From: Rhodothermales bacterium
Lineage (GTDB): Bacteria; Bacteroidota; Rhodothermia; Rhodothermales; VXPQ01
Direction of reading: 5' to 3'
DNA length: 64,000 nucleotides
Assembly: GCA_040904565.1 (NCBI GenBank)
Contig: JBBDTI010000064.1
Location: 32,001-96,000 of the forward strand
The position numbers and the translations under genes were made by a program. How positions within the stretch are numbered: the stretch's first letter is position 1; each line of letters opens with the position of its first letter. Positions 29,065 to 39,891 of this stretch are shown one piece after another. Under the pieces are notes generated by a model. The model worked only from the letters and a program-made list of their open reading frames with translations. It ran no database searches and had not been told where the DNA came from.

Positions 29065-31773
29065 GTGACCCGTGGCCGCCGAGCATTTCTTGCCTTCGTA
29101 CTTTTCCTGACGGGGGTCGTCTCACCCTCGGTGACACCGTCGCTGGCACAGGAAACGGATCAGCCCGGCGAGCTCCCCAACCCCGTGCGGGCGCCGACCG
29201 ATACGGTGCGCGTCCAACCCGCCGATACGCCTGAAGGTCAGCCGCCTGCCTCATCCTCCGCGGCCGAGCTGGATGAACCGGTCCACTTCTCCGCCACGGA
29301 CTCCCTCGTGATCCAGTTCGGCGACGAGGGGGACGTAGGGAGGCTCTACGGGGACGCACAGGTGTCGTACGGGGGAGCCGAACTGACCGCGTATCGGATC
29401 GACATCCTCTTCGACATCGACGAGCTCCGAGCCCGCGGCGTGGAAAGCGATACGGGCACGGTCGGGCGGCCGGCCTTCACGCGGGACGGCGATTCGTTTC
29501 AGGGTTCCGAGCTCGCCTTCAACCTGCGCTCCGAGCGGGGGCGCGTCGTTGGCGCACAGACGAGCATGCAGGACGGATTTATCCGCGCCGACGTCGTGAA
29601 GGTCGACCGGGACAGTACCATCTACGTCACCCAGGGCAGCTATACAACCTGCGAATGTATCGAAGATCCTTCCTATTCGCTCCGTTCGAGGCGGATGAAG
29701 ATCGTCGATCAGGAATGGATCTACACCGGACCCATCCAGCTCTTCATCTTCAACGTACCGACGCCGCTCTGGCTTCCTTTCGGCTTCCTACCGGCCCAGG
29801 AAGGTAGAAGGAGCGGCCCGCTTCCACCCCAGTACGGAGAGGACGACCGGGGCTTCTATCTACGCGAATGGGGCTGGTATCAGGCCATCAACGACTATAT
29901 GGACGCGCAGATACAGTTCGGTTTGTGGACGCGAGGGAGCTGGCAGATCAACCCGCAGTTCCGCTACGCCAGGAGATATGCTTATTCGGGACAGGTCAGT
30001 CTCGACTACGTCCAGAACCGGAGCGGGGAACGAGGGGACCCCGACTTCTCCGAATTCGGAAGCGGCCGGCTGCGTTGGAGCCACAATCAGGATCTCACGC
30101 CGACGTCACGATTGAACGCCAACGTCGACCTGTCCTCGTCCAGCTACCTGCGCACGTCCTCCGAGCAGTACGACGATCGCGTGCGCCAGACCATTCAATC
30201 CAGCGCCGGTTATTCCAAGAGCTGGCGCCAGTCCGGCCGCAACCTGTCCGTCAACCTCAGCCATCGCCAGAACCTCGCCTCTGGCACCGTTAGTGCCCGG
30301 CTGCCCAGTTTAAGCTTCCGTCAGAACACGCGTAAGCCCTTCGAACGTGAGAACCGGATCGGCGCCGAGCGATGGTACGAACGCATCTCGTACGGCTACA
30401 GCGCGTCGGTCGACAATAATTACTCGTTCTCCCCGTCCGACACGACCGACATCTCCTGGTACGAGGCGATGTTCTCCCCTTCGAAATATCGGCAGGCTAC
30501 GGGCGCCTCCGAGCCGTTCGAATTTCAAGCTTCGCACCGCCTCAACACCGGCGCCAGCTTTACGGTCAATCGCCTGCCGGTCATCGACCGCAACGTTCGC
30601 GTAAACCTGAGCCCGAGCGCCAACTATACGGAGGACTGGTTCATCCAGACGGAGCGGCGGGGCCTCGACGAAGATTCTTCGCTTGTCGTAGAGCGCGTGC
30701 CGGAATTCTTCGCCCTCCGCCAGTTTTCCACGGGTCTGTCGGCCAATTCGACGTTCTACGGCCAGTTTCCCGTGAGAATCGGCGCCTACGAGGGTCTCCG
30801 TCACACCGTACGACCCACGATGAGCTTCAATTACCGCCCCGATTTCTTTTCGGACAGATGGGGGTATACGGATACGTACGTCGATGCCGACGGACGCGAA
30901 CAGCGCTACGCGCTCGTCCGCGGCGTGCAGCGATCCCGGCAGCAGTCCCTCTCCTTCAACATGGATAACATCTTCGAGACAAAACGAGTCGAGGTGGACA
31001 CCACGGGGCAGCAGACCGATCGCACCGTGCAGCTTCTCAATCTCGGCCTCTCGAGCGGGTACAATTTCGCGGCCGACTCCCTAGGACTCGACGATCTGCG
31101 ATTGCGCGCCCGCACGCAGATCGCCAACAAGTTCAACCTCAATGCCTCCGCTTCCCTGTCGCCGTACGCGCTGAATGCCGATCGCACGCGGGAAATCGAC
31201 CGTCTGGCCGCAGCGGACGGACTGCTTCGATTTGCCCGTCTGACACAATTTCGCCTCAGCCTGAACACCTCGTTCCGAAGCGACCGGTCAGGGCCCGAGA
31301 GACCGTTCGGAGCCTCCGGTGGGATGACGGGGGGAACCGGCTTACCCGGCCAGGATCCGACGGCCTTCCAGAACGGCTTCGGGTCGTCTCGCTTCAACAC
31401 GCCGACCGGTTACGCCGACTTTGCGATCCCGTGGTCCCTCCGACTCGATTTCAGCTACAGCTATTCGAAACGCTTTTCGGAATCCACCACCGCGGCCACG
31501 CTCAATTCGACGTTCGATTTCAATCTGACGCCGGACTGGAAGGTGCAGGGTAGGTCGGGCTATGACTTCAGCGCGAGCGAGATCGTCTACACGAGCGTAT
31601 CGATCATGAAAGACTTCGACTGTTGGGAGATGGCCGTCAACTGGGTCCCGTTCGGCCCCTATCAGTCCTACAGTTTCGATATTCACGTGAAGAGCGGCCA
31701 GCTTCGCGATCTCCTGCGCCTCCGACAGCCGCGATCGGACGTCGGCGGTCGATTTGGGCGTCTACTCGACTAA
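29065..31773 (+). CDS. lptD: LPS-assembly outer-membrane protein LptD
   Basis: Signal peptide, beta-jellyroll region with YTTC, PLWLPFGF, large barrel, C-terminal DFDCWEM..NWVPFG; start approximated at GTG 29065. Confidence 0.85.
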   Translation: MTRGRRAFLAFVLFLTGVVSPSVTPSLAQETDQPGELPNPVRAPTDTVRVQPADTPEGQPPASSSAAELDEPVHFSATDSLVIQFGDEGDVGRLYGDAQVSYGGAELTAYRIDILFDIDELRARGVESDTGTVGRPAFTRDGDSFQGSELAFNLRSERGRVVGAQTSMQDGFIRADVVKVDRDSTIYVTQGSYTTCECIEDPSYSLRSRRMKIVDQEWIYTGPIQLFIFNVPTPLWLPFGFLPAQEGRRSGPLPPQYGEDDRGFYLREWGWYQAINDYMDAQIQFGLWTRGSWQINPQFRYARRYAYSGQVSLDYVQNRSGERGDPDFSEFGSGRLRWSHNQDLTPTSRLNANVDLSSSSYLRTSSEQYDDRVRQTIQSSAGYSKSWRQSGRNLSVNLSHRQNLASGTVSARLPSLSFRQNTRKPFERENRIGAERWYERISYGYSASVDNNYSFSPSDTTDISWYEAMFSPSKYRQATGASEPFEFQASHRLNTGASFTVNRLPVIDRNVRVNLSPSANYTEDWFIQTERRGLDEDSSLVVERVPEFFALRQFSTGLSANSTFYGQFPVRIGAYEGLRHTVRPTMSFNYRPDFFSDRWGYTDTYVDADGREQRYALVRGVQRSRQQSLSFNMDNIFETKRVEVDTTGQQTDRTVQLLNLGLSSGYNFAADSLGLDDLRLRARTQIANKFNLNASASLSPYALNADRTREIDRLAAADGLLRFARLTQFRLSLNTSFRSDRSGPERPFGASGGMTGGTGLPGQDPTAFQNGFGSSRFNTPTGYADFAIPWSLRLDFSYSYSKRFSESTTAATLNSTFDFNLTPDWKVQGRSGYDFSASEIVYTSVSIMKDFDCWEMAVNWVPFGPYQSYSFDIHVKSGQLRDLLRLRQPRSDVGGRFGRLLD

Positions 31774-32092
31774 AAGGCCTCTCACGAAAGGACGCTCATC
31801 GTCAAGTCCGAGCTCGTCAAAATGTACGCCGACCGAATATAACGATTCGGCAACGCCCCCGAGACCGCCGCGCGCGAAGGAAACTGCCGGTCCGCTCCGC
31901 GATATAAGCCGGCAATACGATTACTATCGCCGTTCTGTGCTGTTCGGTGTTTTCCACCCGGGCGGAGAAGCAGTACGCTGCATCGTTCACACCTTAACGG
32001 CAGGCACACACGGTGTTCAATCACCGTGATCGATCCCCGTAATCAACTGGAGCTTTTCGGCGGAATTGTCCGATTCGAAGGCCCCCAAGCCT

Positions 32093-32416
32093 ATGATTGC
32101 ACAACGCATACAGGCTCTCCGTCGCCGACTGGACCGACCCCGTAACCGGGATGCGCGGCAAACGACGCGTGACCTCGCGCTTACCAGGCGCCTCTATACC
32201 ACGTTCGAGAGCGACCTGGAGCTGGCCGACGTACAGGGCATTCAGTTCTACGTCCAGAACGGCGTCGTGACACTCTACGGCACCGTCCGGCACGAGCTGG
32301 ATCGGGAGATGCTCGTCTCCCTCGTTCGCGACATAGCGGGCGTACAGGGCGTCGTAGCGCACCTGCAGCTCGTCGAGTCGAGATTTCGGGACGGCACCGG
32401 GGTCGAGGCGGACTAG
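32093..32416 (+). CDS. BON domain protein
   Basis: I..YVQNGVVTLYGTV...L...VRDIAGVQGVVAHLQL. Confidence 0.85.
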   Translation: MIAQRIQALRRRLDRPRNRDARQTTRDLALTRRLYTTFESDLELADVQGIQFYVQNGVVTLYGTVRHELDREMLVSLVRDIAGVQGVVAHLQLVESRFRDGTGVEAD

Positions 32417-32850
32417 CACGCTTCACGGACCCATGCATTTTCTACGCGGGTAAAGCCGAGGTGCTCGTAGTAGCTTGCCGAGATGTCGGAGTCGCGCAAC
32501 ACGAGATCCGTCCCCTCGCACCGGTCCAGCACGGCATTAATCAGCGCCTTCCCGACACCCAACCGCTGCACGTCCGGTTCGACCGCCAGATCGCAGAGAT
32601 AACTAAACAGGACGCCGTCCGTCAGGACGCGCGCGATGCCGACGATGTGGCCCTGGTTCCACGCCGTCAGGACCAGAGAAGCATTCTCAAACATTTCCCA
32701 GATCTCCTCGTGCGCCTTTACGGCGCGAAGCAGCGGAGCGCGACGGTACAGCGTGACGATCCGCGCCGGGTTCAGCCCCTCGAGCCCTTCTCGAATATCG
32801 AGATCCGTAATCTTTCCCTGCTTGCCCGTGTCATGCATAAGACGAGCCAT
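32413..32850 (-). CDS. GNAT N-acetyltransferase
   Basis: LAVEPDVQRLGVGKAL acetyl-CoA-binding motif, YYEHLGF. Confidence 0.9.
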   Translation of the reverse strand: MARLMHDTGKQGKITDLDIREGLEGLNPARIVTLYRRAPLLRAVKAHEEIWEMFENASLVLTAWNQGHIVGIARVLTDGVLFSYLCDLAVEPDVQRLGVGKALINAVLDRCEGTDLVLRDSDISASYYEHLGFTRVENAWVREAC

Positions 32851-32885
32851 CGCGTACGCAAAACTAATTTAACGACGTTACACAT

Positions 32886-33917
32886 CTATCCGTTCATCCT
32901 GGCCGGCCCGTCGACCCGATCGTCGCGGACCCATCGAACCGAAGTAGCCGCCAGTCGAATCCGGTCGACGGACGCTTCGCCCGGATCGAGCCAGGCCCGA
33001 AGGCTCAACCCATCGACCTCGACCCACCACTCCGCCAATGTACCGAGAAACTGCCGGCTGACGACCTGTGCCTCGACGCCGTTCGACGACACCTCGAAGT
33101 GCTCGGGCCGAACGGCCAGCACGCGCCCGGGCGGAGGGTCCCCTCCGGCAAGACGGGATGCCAACCGTCGATCGCGGACAATGTTGCTTCCGCCTAGAAA
33201 TTCGGCTACGTAGGCCGTCTCCGGTTCGCGGTAGAGCTGCTCGGGTGGACCCACCTGGATCAACCGACCCGCTTTCATCACGGCGATGCGATCCGAAAGT
33301 GCCAGAGCTTCCTGCTGGTCGTGCGTCACGTACAGACTCGTCGTGCCGAGCCGATGCTGGAGCACCTTGAGCTCCCGCCGCGTCTGCTCCCTCAGCGTCA
33401 CGTCCAGGTTGGACAACGGCTCGTCGAACAGCAGCACGTCCGGCTCCACTGCGACGGCCCGCGCCAGGGCTACGCGCTGCTGCTGGCCGCCGGACAGCGC
33501 CGTGACGGGCCGCTCTACGAGCGCTTCAAGCTCTACGCGCCGCAGGGCTTCTTCCACGCGCCGGCGACGCGTGGAAGCGTCAACCTTCCGCACGCGGAGC
33601 CCGTACGCCACGTTCTCGCCGACCGTCATATTGGGAAACAGCGCATAGCTTTGAAACACCATCGCGGTAGGTCGCCGCTGCGGATTCATCCCCGTCACGT
33701 CACGCCCGGCGATATGAACCGATCCGGCATCCGGCCGCTCGAACCCGCCAACGATCCGCAGGAGCGTCGTTTTGCCGCAACCGGACGGTCCGAGCAGCGA
33801 AAAGAACTCGCCCGGCTGTATCTCGACGGACACGTCGTCTACGGCGACGATCGACCCGAAGCGCTTCGTAACGCCGTCGAGCGTAACGCCCGCTTCAATC
33901 TGGGAAGAGATGCTCAC
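32886..33917 (-). CDS. ABC transporter ATP-binding protein (PotA/FbpC-like)
   Basis: GPSGCGKT, LSGGQQQR, LLFDEP, VTHDQ, C-terminal TOBE-like region. Confidence 0.92.
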   Translation of the reverse strand: MSISSQIEAGVTLDGVTKRFGSIVAVDDVSVEIQPGEFFSLLGPSGCGKTTLLRIVGGFERPDAGSVHIAGRDVTGMNPQRRPTAMVFQSYALFPNMTVGENVAYGLRVRKVDASTRRRRVEEALRRVELEALVERPVTALSGGQQQRVALARAVAVEPDVLLFDEPLSNLDVTLREQTRRELKVLQHRLGTTSLYVTHDQQEALALSDRIAVMKAGRLIQVGPPEQLYREPETAYVAEFLGGSNIVRDRRLASRLAGGDPPPGRVLAVRPEHFEVSSNGVEAQVVSRQFLGTLAEWWVEVDGLSLRAWLDPGEASVDRIRLAATSVRWVRDDRVDGPARMNG

Positions 33918-33960
33918 GGGGAGATGATGCCGCTGGGTGGAAGACCGCCGGTACGAGACG

Positions 33961-35145
33961 TTAGGCTGTGACGGAAGAGTCGAGCGCACGCGTCACTTTT
34001 TCGGCCGCCTCCTTGAGCAGAATGGCGGTCTCGATCTCGAGGCCGCTCTCCTTGAGGATGGCCTGGCCCTCCTCCGCATTCGTCCCTTGCAGCCGTACGA
34101 TGAGCGGAACGTCGATGTCTACATTCTTGGCCGCCTGAACGACGCCCGATGCCACACGATCGCACCGAACGATGCCCCCGAAGATATTTACCAGGATCGC
34201 CTTCACGTTCGGATCCTTCAAAATTAGCCGAAAGCCTGCTTCGACGGTCTCCGCACTGGCCGATCCTCCCACGTCCAGGAAGTTGGCCGGCTCACCGCCC
34301 GCCAGCTTGATGACGTCCATCGTTGCCATCGCCAGTCCCGCGCCATTCACCATGCACCCCACGTTTCCGTCGAGCCGGATGTAGTTGAGGTTATGCTCGC
34401 CGGCCTCAACCTCGAGGGGGTCTTCCTCGTGGATGTCGCGCAGCTCGGCAAGGTCCGCATGCCGATAGAGTGCATTGTCGTCGAGATTGATCTTGGCATC
34501 GACCGCAACCAGGTCGCCGTCCGACGTCTTGACGAGGGGATTGATCTCGGCAAGCGACGCATCCATGCCCGTATATGCGGCATAGAGCGCGTTGATAAAA
34601 CGAGCCGCCTGCTTGAGCGTCTTGCCCTCAAAACCGAGGGCGAACGCCAGCGAACGCGCCTGAAACGGCTGCAGTCCGATCGTCGGATCGATCCACGCCT
34701 TCATGATCTTTTCGGGGGTCTCCTCGGCGACCTTCTCGATTTCCACGCCTCCTTCCGTGGAAACCATGATGACGTTCATGCTCTTCTGCCGGTCGAGCGT
34801 GACCCCGACGTAGTACTCCTGCTCGATGTCTACGGCATCCGCGATGAGCAGGGCACGCACCTTCTGCCCGTCCGGTCCGGTCTGATGCGTAACCAGGTTC
34901 ATGCCCAGTATGGCATCCGCCTGCTCCCGCACCTCTTCGACGCTCCGAGCCAGCTTAACGCCACCACCTTTGCCGCGTCCACCGGCGTGAATCTGGGCCT
35001 TTACGACGAACATCGTCGCTCCGTCGGCCTTCATCGCCTCCGCAGCCTCCACGGCCTCCTCTACGGAACGAGCGACGCGACCCGGCTGCATGGGTACGTC
35101 GAATTGCTCGAGTATGTCTTTGGCCTGATATTCGTGAAGCTTCAT
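33961..35145 (-). CDS. sucC: Succinyl-CoA synthetase beta subunit
   Basis: MKLHEYQAK, VKAQIHAGGRGKGGGV, NGAGLAMATMD, NIFGGIVRCD. Confidence 0.98.
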   Translation of the reverse strand: MKLHEYQAKDILEQFDVPMQPGRVARSVEEAVEAAEAMKADGATMFVVKAQIHAGGRGKGGGVKLARSVEEVREQADAILGMNLVTHQTGPDGQKVRALLIADAVDIEQEYYVGVTLDRQKSMNVIMVSTEGGVEIEKVAEETPEKIMKAWIDPTIGLQPFQARSLAFALGFEGKTLKQAARFINALYAAYTGMDASLAEINPLVKTSDGDLVAVDAKINLDDNALYRHADLAELRDIHEEDPLEVEAGEHNLNYIRLDGNVGCMVNGAGLAMATMDVIKLAGGEPANFLDVGGSASAETVEAGFRLILKDPNVKAILVNIFGGIVRCDRVASGVVQAAKNVDIDVPLIVRLQGTNAEEGQAILKESGLEIETAILLKEAAEKVTRALDSSVTA

Positions 35146-35381
35146 GCCTGGAGTAATTGACTCATCCAATGAACGGAATGCCGGTACACGGGCCCCACAC
35201 GGCGGTCTACCCCGTATATGCCTGATCGCAGGCCGGCTGCACGTAAAAGTACGGTATGCCTCTTTAAAGATTGTACGTATTAAGCCGGGAGAACCCTCGG
35301 GGCGATCGTTTTCAGCGTCCGCTCGTAGGTGTTCGCCCGACGGATCATCTTTCAGCAGGTCGTCGTTCCCGCGACTCCGCC

Positions 35382-36464
35382 ATGAACCGTATCGACCGCC
35401 ATATCATCTCGCGACTGGTGCTGGGCTTCACGGTCCTGGTAGCCGGACTGATCGTCTTCTTCATCGTGCTCCACTATGTGGAGTACATCGATGACTTTTT
35501 CGACCGGGGTGCCACGATGCGACAGGTGTTCCTGGTGTATTACCCCAGCTACATCCCTGAAATCGTCAAGCTCACCTCTCCCCTCGCCCTCTTCCTTGCG
35601 TGCGTCTATCTCACGGGAAAGCTGGCGCAGAGTCTCCAGATTACGGCGCTGCAGACGACGGGGGTGTCCCTCTACCGCCTGATGGTTCCCTACCTCATCG
35701 TGGGCCTCGCCTTGACGGGTTTCATGTTCTGGTTTAACGGATGGATCGTTCCGGAGACGAACCGTACCGTACTCGCGTTCGAGCAACAGTACCTGAAAGA
35801 TGCCTCGCAGGTAGTCGACGTGAACGACATCCACCGGCAGAACCGGCCCGGCACGTTTGTCACGGTGGGATACTTCGACCGGCGCTCGAATATCGCGCAC
35901 CGCGTCTCGATCCAGCAGTTCAACGATGCGAACGAACTACGGCAACGAATCGACGCTCCCACGATGAGTTGGATCGATTCCCTGTCGACATGGCAGATCC
36001 AGAATCCGGTCGTTCGCCGATTCACCGACGACGGCGAACATCGTCGGAGGCTGAGCCGGATCGATACGACGCTGGCGATCCTGCCGCGTGATCTGGCCAG
36101 AACGGAACGCGACGTCGAGTCGATGACGATTCCTGCTGCCGCGGAGTATATCCGGGACCTCGAGCGGTCCGGGGCGGGAAACATCGGGCGAACGAAAGTC
36201 GCCTACTACGCCAAGTATTCCTATCCGATCGCCAATCTTATCCTCGTGCTGATCGGCATGCCTCTCGCCGCCGTGCGGCGGCGAGGCGGCCAGGCCGTGC
36301 AGGTCGGACTCGGACTCGTCGTCGCCTTTATCTATCTGGCCGTTCAGAAGCTCACGGAGCCCTTCGGCTACTCGGGCGTGCTCTCCCCACTCTGGGCCGC
36401 CTGGCTTCCGCACCTGCTTTTCTTCCTGGGTGCGTGCGTCCTTATCGTCACGTCCAGGAAGTAG
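35382..36464 (+). CDS. LptF/LptG family LPS export permease
   Basis: MNRIDRHI.., three TM helices, a periplasmic jellyroll, three more TM helices; LWAAWLP motif. Confidence 0.9.
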   Translation: MNRIDRHIISRLVLGFTVLVAGLIVFFIVLHYVEYIDDFFDRGATMRQVFLVYYPSYIPEIVKLTSPLALFLACVYLTGKLAQSLQITALQTTGVSLYRLMVPYLIVGLALTGFMFWFNGWIVPETNRTVLAFEQQYLKDASQVVDVNDIHRQNRPGTFVTVGYFDRRSNIAHRVSIQQFNDANELRQRIDAPTMSWIDSLSTWQIQNPVVRRFTDDGEHRRRLSRIDTTLAILPRDLARTERDVESMTIPAAAEYIRDLERSGAGNIGRTKVAYYAKYSYPIANLILVLIGMPLAAVRRRGGQAVQVGLGLVVAFIYLAVQKLTEPFGYSGVLSPLWAAWLPHLLFFLGACVLIVTSRK

Positions 36465-36485
36465 CGGCAGAACGAAGCGGCACCG

Positions 36486-36806
36486 TCACGCTTCGCCGCT
36501 CATTCCCCCGAACTGAATCGGCTGACCCGGAGGTGTACGCTCTTCAATATGGCCGTGCGCCGCTTCGTATTTCTCGATATTGTCGGCGAGCGCATGCAGC
36601 AGCCGTTTCGCGTGCTGCGGCGTAACGATGATGCGGTTCTTGACGCGCGCCTTCGGCACGCCAGGCATCACGCGGATGAAGTCCAGTATGAACTCCTCCG
36701 GTGAATGCGAGATCATCACCAGATTGGAGTAGACCCCTTCGGCCGTCTCCTCGTCCAGCTCGATGTTGAGTTGCTGCTGCGCTTGTTGTGGATCAGGTTC
36801 CTTCAT
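36486..36806 (-). CDS. DUF3467 family protein
   Basis: IELDEETAEGVYSNL..I.HS..EF..DF...P.HAKRL. Confidence 0.9.
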   Translation of the reverse strand: MKEPDPQQAQQQLNIELDEETAEGVYSNLVMISHSPEEFILDFIRVMPGVPKARVKNRIIVTPQHAKRLLHALADNIEKYEAAHGHIEERTPPGQPIQFGGMSGEA

Positions 36807-38221
36807 TCGGATGTGCTTTTATGCTTGCTGCCGAGACCGCTCAGCGCCAGTGCGCCGATCAGGTCGCTCTTTGTGATGATTTCGTAGGTTTCTCCGGATT
36901 CAGGCTCTACCAGCACGGCCCCAGCGCCCTGCTCGAGGTAGGCCGACAAGTGTTCGAGGTGTAGCGCCCGGGGTACGATCGGAAAGGGCTTGCCCATAAC
37001 CTCTCGAACCGACTGCGAGCGTGCTTCCGGATCCTCGATCAGGCGATTCAGGATGACGCTCTCCGTCAGGCTTCCGACCACGTCCTCCCCATCAATGACG
37101 GGCATCTGAGAGATGCCGCGCTCCGCCATTCTCTTGATGACGTCTCCCAGCGTCTCGTTTGGCGTCGCCGATAGGACAGGCCCGCCGATCTTCCTCGAGC
37201 TGAGTACCTGCTTGACGGTGAGATCCGGCTTGCTCTCCAGAAAACCGTGATTGCGCATCCAGTTGTCGTTGTACGTCTTGGATAGATACCTGAAGCCGGA
37301 GTCCGGCAGCAGGATCACCACCACATCGTCCTCGGTGAGTTCCTCCGCATGACCCTCCATCCACTGCAGCGCTCCGGCCACAGCCATTCCTGACGACTGT
37401 CCGCAAAAGAGCCCCTCCTCCCGAGAAAGGCGCCGCGTCATCTGCATCGCTTCGCGATCCGTCACCCGCACGTAGTCGTCGACGAGGTCGAAATCCATGT
37501 TTTCCGCGAGGATATCCTCACCGACTCCCTCCGTCAGGTAGGGATAGATCTCATTTTCATCAAACTCCCGCGTGTGGAAGTACTTGAAATACACCGAACC
37601 GTACGGATCGATACCGACGACCCGCACGTCCGGATTCTTCTGCTTCAGAAATTCCGACGTGCCGGAGATGGTACCACCCGTACCGGCGCCGGCGAAAAAA
37701 TGCGTGATGCGTCCATCCGTCTGCTCCCAGAGCTCGGGGCCCGTAGAGCGAACATGCGCCGCCCGGTTCGCCGGGTTGTCATACTGGTTCAGATAGACCG
37801 AATTGGGGATCTCCTCGGATAGGCGACGGGCGACGGAGTAATAGGACTTCGGATCGTCGGCCGCCACGTTGGTCGGACAGACGATCACTTCCGCCCCCAG
37901 ACCGCGAAGCACGTCGAGCTTCTCCTGACTCTGCTTGTCCGTCGTCGTGAAAATGCAGCGGTAGCCGCGCGCGACGGCGGCGATGGCCAGCGCCGCTCCC
38001 GTATTGCCGCTCGTCCCTTCGATGATGGTTCCGCCCGGAACCAGCTCGCCGCTCTCCTCCGCTGCTTCGATCATGGCAAGACCGATACGGTCTTTCACGG
38101 ATCCGCCCGGGTTGAAGTACTCCACCTTCGCAAGCACGGTACAGGGCACGCCTTCTACCAGCTTGCTCAAACGCACGAGGGGTGTATCCCCGATCGTGCT
38201 GACGACGTTATCGTGCCACAT
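36803..38221 (-). CDS. Cystathionine beta-synthase (PLP domain plus CBS pair)
   Basis: NPGGSVKDRI, EGTSGNTG, GTGGT, DSGFRYLSK, C-terminal CBS domains; start refined to ATG 38221. Confidence 0.92.
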   Translation of the reverse strand: MWHDNVVSTIGDTPLVRLSKLVEGVPCTVLAKVEYFNPGGSVKDRIGLAMIEAAEESGELVPGGTIIEGTSGNTGAALAIAAVARGYRCIFTTTDKQSQEKLDVLRGLGAEVIVCPTNVAADDPKSYYSVARRLSEEIPNSVYLNQYDNPANRAAHVRSTGPELWEQTDGRITHFFAGAGTGGTISGTSEFLKQKNPDVRVVGIDPYGSVYFKYFHTREFDENEIYPYLTEGVGEDILAENMDFDLVDDYVRVTDREAMQMTRRLSREEGLFCGQSSGMAVAGALQWMEGHAEELTEDDVVVILLPDSGFRYLSKTYNDNWMRNHGFLESKPDLTVKQVLSSRKIGGPVLSATPNETLGDVIKRMAERGISQMPVIDGEDVVGSLTESVILNRLIEDPEARSQSVREVMGKPFPIVPRALHLEHLSAYLEQGAGAVLVEPESGETYEIITKSDLIGALALSGLGSKHKSTSE

Positions 38222-38436
38222 AGCGTGTCGGCTTGTTCTTGACGACTTCCCTGAACGTACGTCCACCCCGCCCTTTCGGTCCGCCCCCGGCAAAATCCAT
38301 TGCGGAAGGCCCGAGCCGTCTTCGCGGACCGGCCTTCAGGACCCTCCCATCCACGAACCGGCTCCTGAATTTCTGGCCGGATGTGCGTAGCTTACGCCTG
38401 ACCTCGTCTTTTGCTCGCCCCAGACATCGCCGTTCC

Positions 38437-39891
38437 GTGGAATCCTTTCCGCACCTCGAACCTGAGCTCCTCATTGCCAACTACGCACTCGACGCGACGA
38501 GCTACTACAGAAATGAGGCATGGGAGCAGACGGTCGGCAGTGACTGGTCGCGCATGTCGGGAGAGGACAGGGCCCGCGCCGTTCAGTTCCTGAAGGAGGC
38601 CGCGGACGGGTCCCTGGTCACAAACCAGTTCTTTATGCTGAAGATGCCGGACGCGGCGGATCCCGTCCCCGTTCTGCTCAACTTTCTGCCCGCCCACGTC
38701 AAGCCGGAAGACCCTTCGGAAGACGGACCGCCCGCGATCGGTGCCGTAACGGTCACCGGCGAGGTGTTGCGCGAGCCGGCCACGTGGACGCAGAGCCAGA
38801 CCCAGCGAAATCGGCTCGAAACGCTGGGACGTATGACCATGGGCATCGCGCATGATTTCAATAATTTGCTCAGCGGTATTCTGGGCTATACGGAGCTCCT
38901 GAAAAACTATGCCAAGGAGGAGCTCGCCGACAAAACGCTGATCGAACATCTAGACACGGTCGAACAGGCGGCTCTGGATGGGGCCGCGCTGATACGGAAG
39001 ATCCAGCAGTATATCCGGCAGGAGCGGCAGGAGCACTTCGCTCCGCTCGACATTCCGACGTTGATTCAGGACTGCATCGCGCTCACGCGTCCCTACTGGT
39101 ACAACGAGCCGCGCCGTCAGGGTATCGCCATCGAGGTCGAGCAGGAATATGAGGACGTACCGCCCGTCATGGGATCCGCGACGGAGCTCCGAGAGGTCTT
39201 TCTCAACCTCATCCTCAACGCCGTGCAGGCCATGCCCAACGGCGGACGGCTCGTCTTCAGGACCGACGAATCCAGGAAGGGCGTGCGCATCCGCATAAAA
39301 GACACCGGGATGGGAATGTCGGACAGCGTCCGCGAACGCATTTTCGAACCGCTCTTTACGACGAAGGGAGAGCGGGGCACCGGAATGGGGATGGCCGTCA
39401 GCTACGGTATCATCCAGGAGCATGAAGGCACCATCAACGTCAAATCCCACCTCGGAGAGGGAACGCTGTTCGAGATCATCCTTCCCCAGGCGGAGGGCTC
39501 GGGCCAGGAGCACATCTCCGATCCGGAGGAAAGACCGAGCGAAACGGCGCGCATCCTCATCGTCGACGATGAGGAGATGGTCCGAAACATCCTCGTAAAG
39601 CTCCTCTCGCTGAAAGGTCATGACGTGGTTTCGGTCGGCTCGGCTTCAGAAGCCCTGGCAACGCTCGACGGCGAGGTCTTCGACATCGTCTTCACGGACC
39701 TGGGCATGCCGGAAATGAACGGGCGGCAGCTCGCACACGCGATCCGTCAGCAGTTCAGCGACCTCCCCATCGTACTGCTGACGGGAGACACGGAGACCGG
39801 CGAGCCTGGAGAAGACGTCGACGTCGTCCTTTCGAAGCCGTTTAAGGTCGCCCAGCTGCAGAATACGATCCAGCAGCTTCTGCCCCATTGA
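38437..39891 (+). CDS. Hybrid sensor histidine kinase (HisKA, HATPase, receiver)
   Basis: AHDFNNLL H-box, LNLILNA N-box, DTGMGM, FTTKGERGTGMG, receiver IVDDE..TDLGMP..KPF; start uncertain (38383 or 38437). Confidence 0.92.
   Translation: MESFPHLEPELLIANYALDATSYYRNEAWEQTVGSDWSRMSGEDRARAVQFLKEAADGSLVTNQFFMLKMPDAADPVPVLLNFLPAHVKPEDPSEDGPPAIGAVTVTGEVLREPATWTQSQTQRNRLETLGRMTMGIAHDFNNLLSGILGYTELLKNYAKEELADKTLIEHLDTVEQAALDGAALIRKIQQYIRQERQEHFAPLDIPTLIQDCIALTRPYWYNEPRRQGIAIEVEQEYEDVPPVMGSATELREVFLNLILNAVQAMPNGGRLVFRTDESRKGVRIRIKDTGMGMSDSVRERIFEPLFTTKGERGTGMGMAVSYGIIQEHEGTINVKSHLGEGTLFEIILPQAEGSGQEHISDPEERPSETARILIVDDEEMVRNILVKLLSLKGHDVVSVGSASEALATLDGEVFDIVFTDLGMPEMNGRQLAHAIRQQFSDLPIVLLTGDTETGEPGEDVDVVLSKPFKVAQLQNTIQQLLPH

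Noticed and set aside
33961-35145. sucC without adjacent sucD, followed by an orphan ABC ATPase
   Set aside because: Split sucC/sucD and scattered ABC components are common in FCB-group genomes.
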